From Octopus bimaculoides (lineage: Eukaryota): a DNA stretch of 33,967 nt. The notes below the pieces were generated by a model. The model saw only the letters and a program-made list of their open reading frames with translations, had not been told where the DNA came from and ran no database searches. Of the stretch, positions 32,840-33,967 are shown in pieces (position 1 is the stretch's first letter; each line of letters begins with the position of its first letter). The stretch covers positions 59,939,530 to 59,973,496 of the forward strand of contig NC_068990.1 of the NCBI RefSeq assembly GCF_001194135.2. Reading direction: 5' to 3'. Position numbers and translations under genes: made by a program.

Positions 32840-33639
32840 AAGTATGTACATATATGTATGCATATATGCATATATTTATATATTATTTATATAATTATAT
32901 GATCGAATGCCATGCATCCTTTTCCAAGTAAGTTTTATCTTAATAATTATGATGTGCACTCTTCTACTATCTCTTCTCTGTCTATATCTCTCCTTCTCAT
33001 GTTCTTCATCCTTTCTGGTTTTCTCTCCCACCCTTTCCCTATTCTTCTCTCCCTTTCACCGTTTCTTCTCTCTCTCTCTCACTCTTCCTCCTTGACTCTC
33101 TCATTGCTGACAGGTGACGAAAGAGAATCTCTCTTTCTGTCCACTTCCTTCCTAAAGAAAAGACGTGCTTTTGCCTGTCTCGTCTCATGTCTCATCTACT
33201 TAGCATTCATAATAATTTTTCTATCGTCTTGGCTTACCAGCCCTCACCATTTGTTTTTACTGTCTTGTTCTCACTGTCCTGTTCTTGTTAACACTTTCGA
33301 CCTCTGCAAAATCCCCAAGTTTTATTTAATTTGCTTTGTGGGAAGGACTGTTTCAACAAAGTCACTTATTGTCCTTGCCTTTGAAACGTGGAGTAGATGG
33401 AACAGGGACAACTGACAAAGGAGTATACTCTTTATGCTGCATGTCTCGTTCCTCTGTTTGTTTTTTCTTGTTAAAAAAAAAGTTAGCTTTCTCTGTTTTC
33501 ATTTTTATGTTTTCATTTCTCATTGTGTATAACGATTTTTTGATGTCCTGTACCCATGTATGCATGTATATATAAATATATATGTAGGTATGTACATATA
33601 TGTATGGATATATGCATCTATTTATATATCTATCTTCTA

Positions 33640-33967
33640 TCTATATATATAAAAATGAGAATGTGTGTCTGTCTGTCTGTCTGTATGTATGTATGTATGT
33701 CTGTCTGTCTGTGTGTGTGAATCCCTAAAACTCGAGAACTACGCAACCAATTTCATTCAAATTTTACACATGCCTTACTTAGGGTTCCAGTTGTGTTTTA
33801 GTAAAAAAAAAATTATTAACTTCTTGCAGAGTTCGAGCACACGGCAACATAATATCTCCTCCACTATTTAAGTATTACGTGTCAAAAGTGAAACAAAAAC
33901 ACTCATGTCAAATACTTTCACTTTAAAAATGAAACTATTCCACTAACTGAAACAATCACATTTCGAT
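33640..33967 (+). mobile_element. Probable non-autonomous Helitron-like element, 5' part (runs off the window)
   Basis: A|TCTATATATATAAAAATGAG start (5' TC after A), internal (GTCT)n/(GTAT)n, then AAAACTCGAGAACTACGCAACCAATTTCATTCAAATTTT. This layout is recalled for invertebrate non-autonomous Helitrons. The 3' hairpin/CTRR end is not in view. Confidence 0.55.

Overview
AT-rich eukaryotic non-coding DNA with five assembly gaps (1285-1294, 3364-3880, 24652-25406, 26341-26350, 31935-32500). The repeat families recurring in the window look like those of an octopus genome; this is an inference from pattern recognition, not a database search. No intact protein-coding gene, rRNA, tRNA or CRISPR array is supportable. 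The supplied ORFs are translations of microsatellites, N-runs or decayed transposons. The window is an intronic or intergenic patchwork of: (i) long simple repeats; (ii) several tRNA-head SINE families; (iii) about 11 3' fragments of an RTE-clade LINE ending in (GAT)n, two with ORF remnants, plus a second RTE-type remnant; (iv) a TTAA-flanked piggyBac-type MITE; (v) a fossil Chapaev3-like (CMC) DNA transposon, 9688-12863, with both CAC/GTG termini and four nested insertions; (vi) a Helitron-like 5' end at the right edge. The best leads are the nested Chapaev3 fossil, a degenerate hammerhead-ribozyme-like motif in a (TA)n-embedded element (25460-25492), three fold-back structures (3253-3982, 25988-26168, 30351-30647), and a tandem-plus-inverted repeat carrying a tRNA-like Pol III unit (29997-30647). 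Nothing here demonstrates a new biological system; the leads are hypotheses. Coordinates were read by hand and diverged repeat edges are approximate (about +/-10-20 nt).
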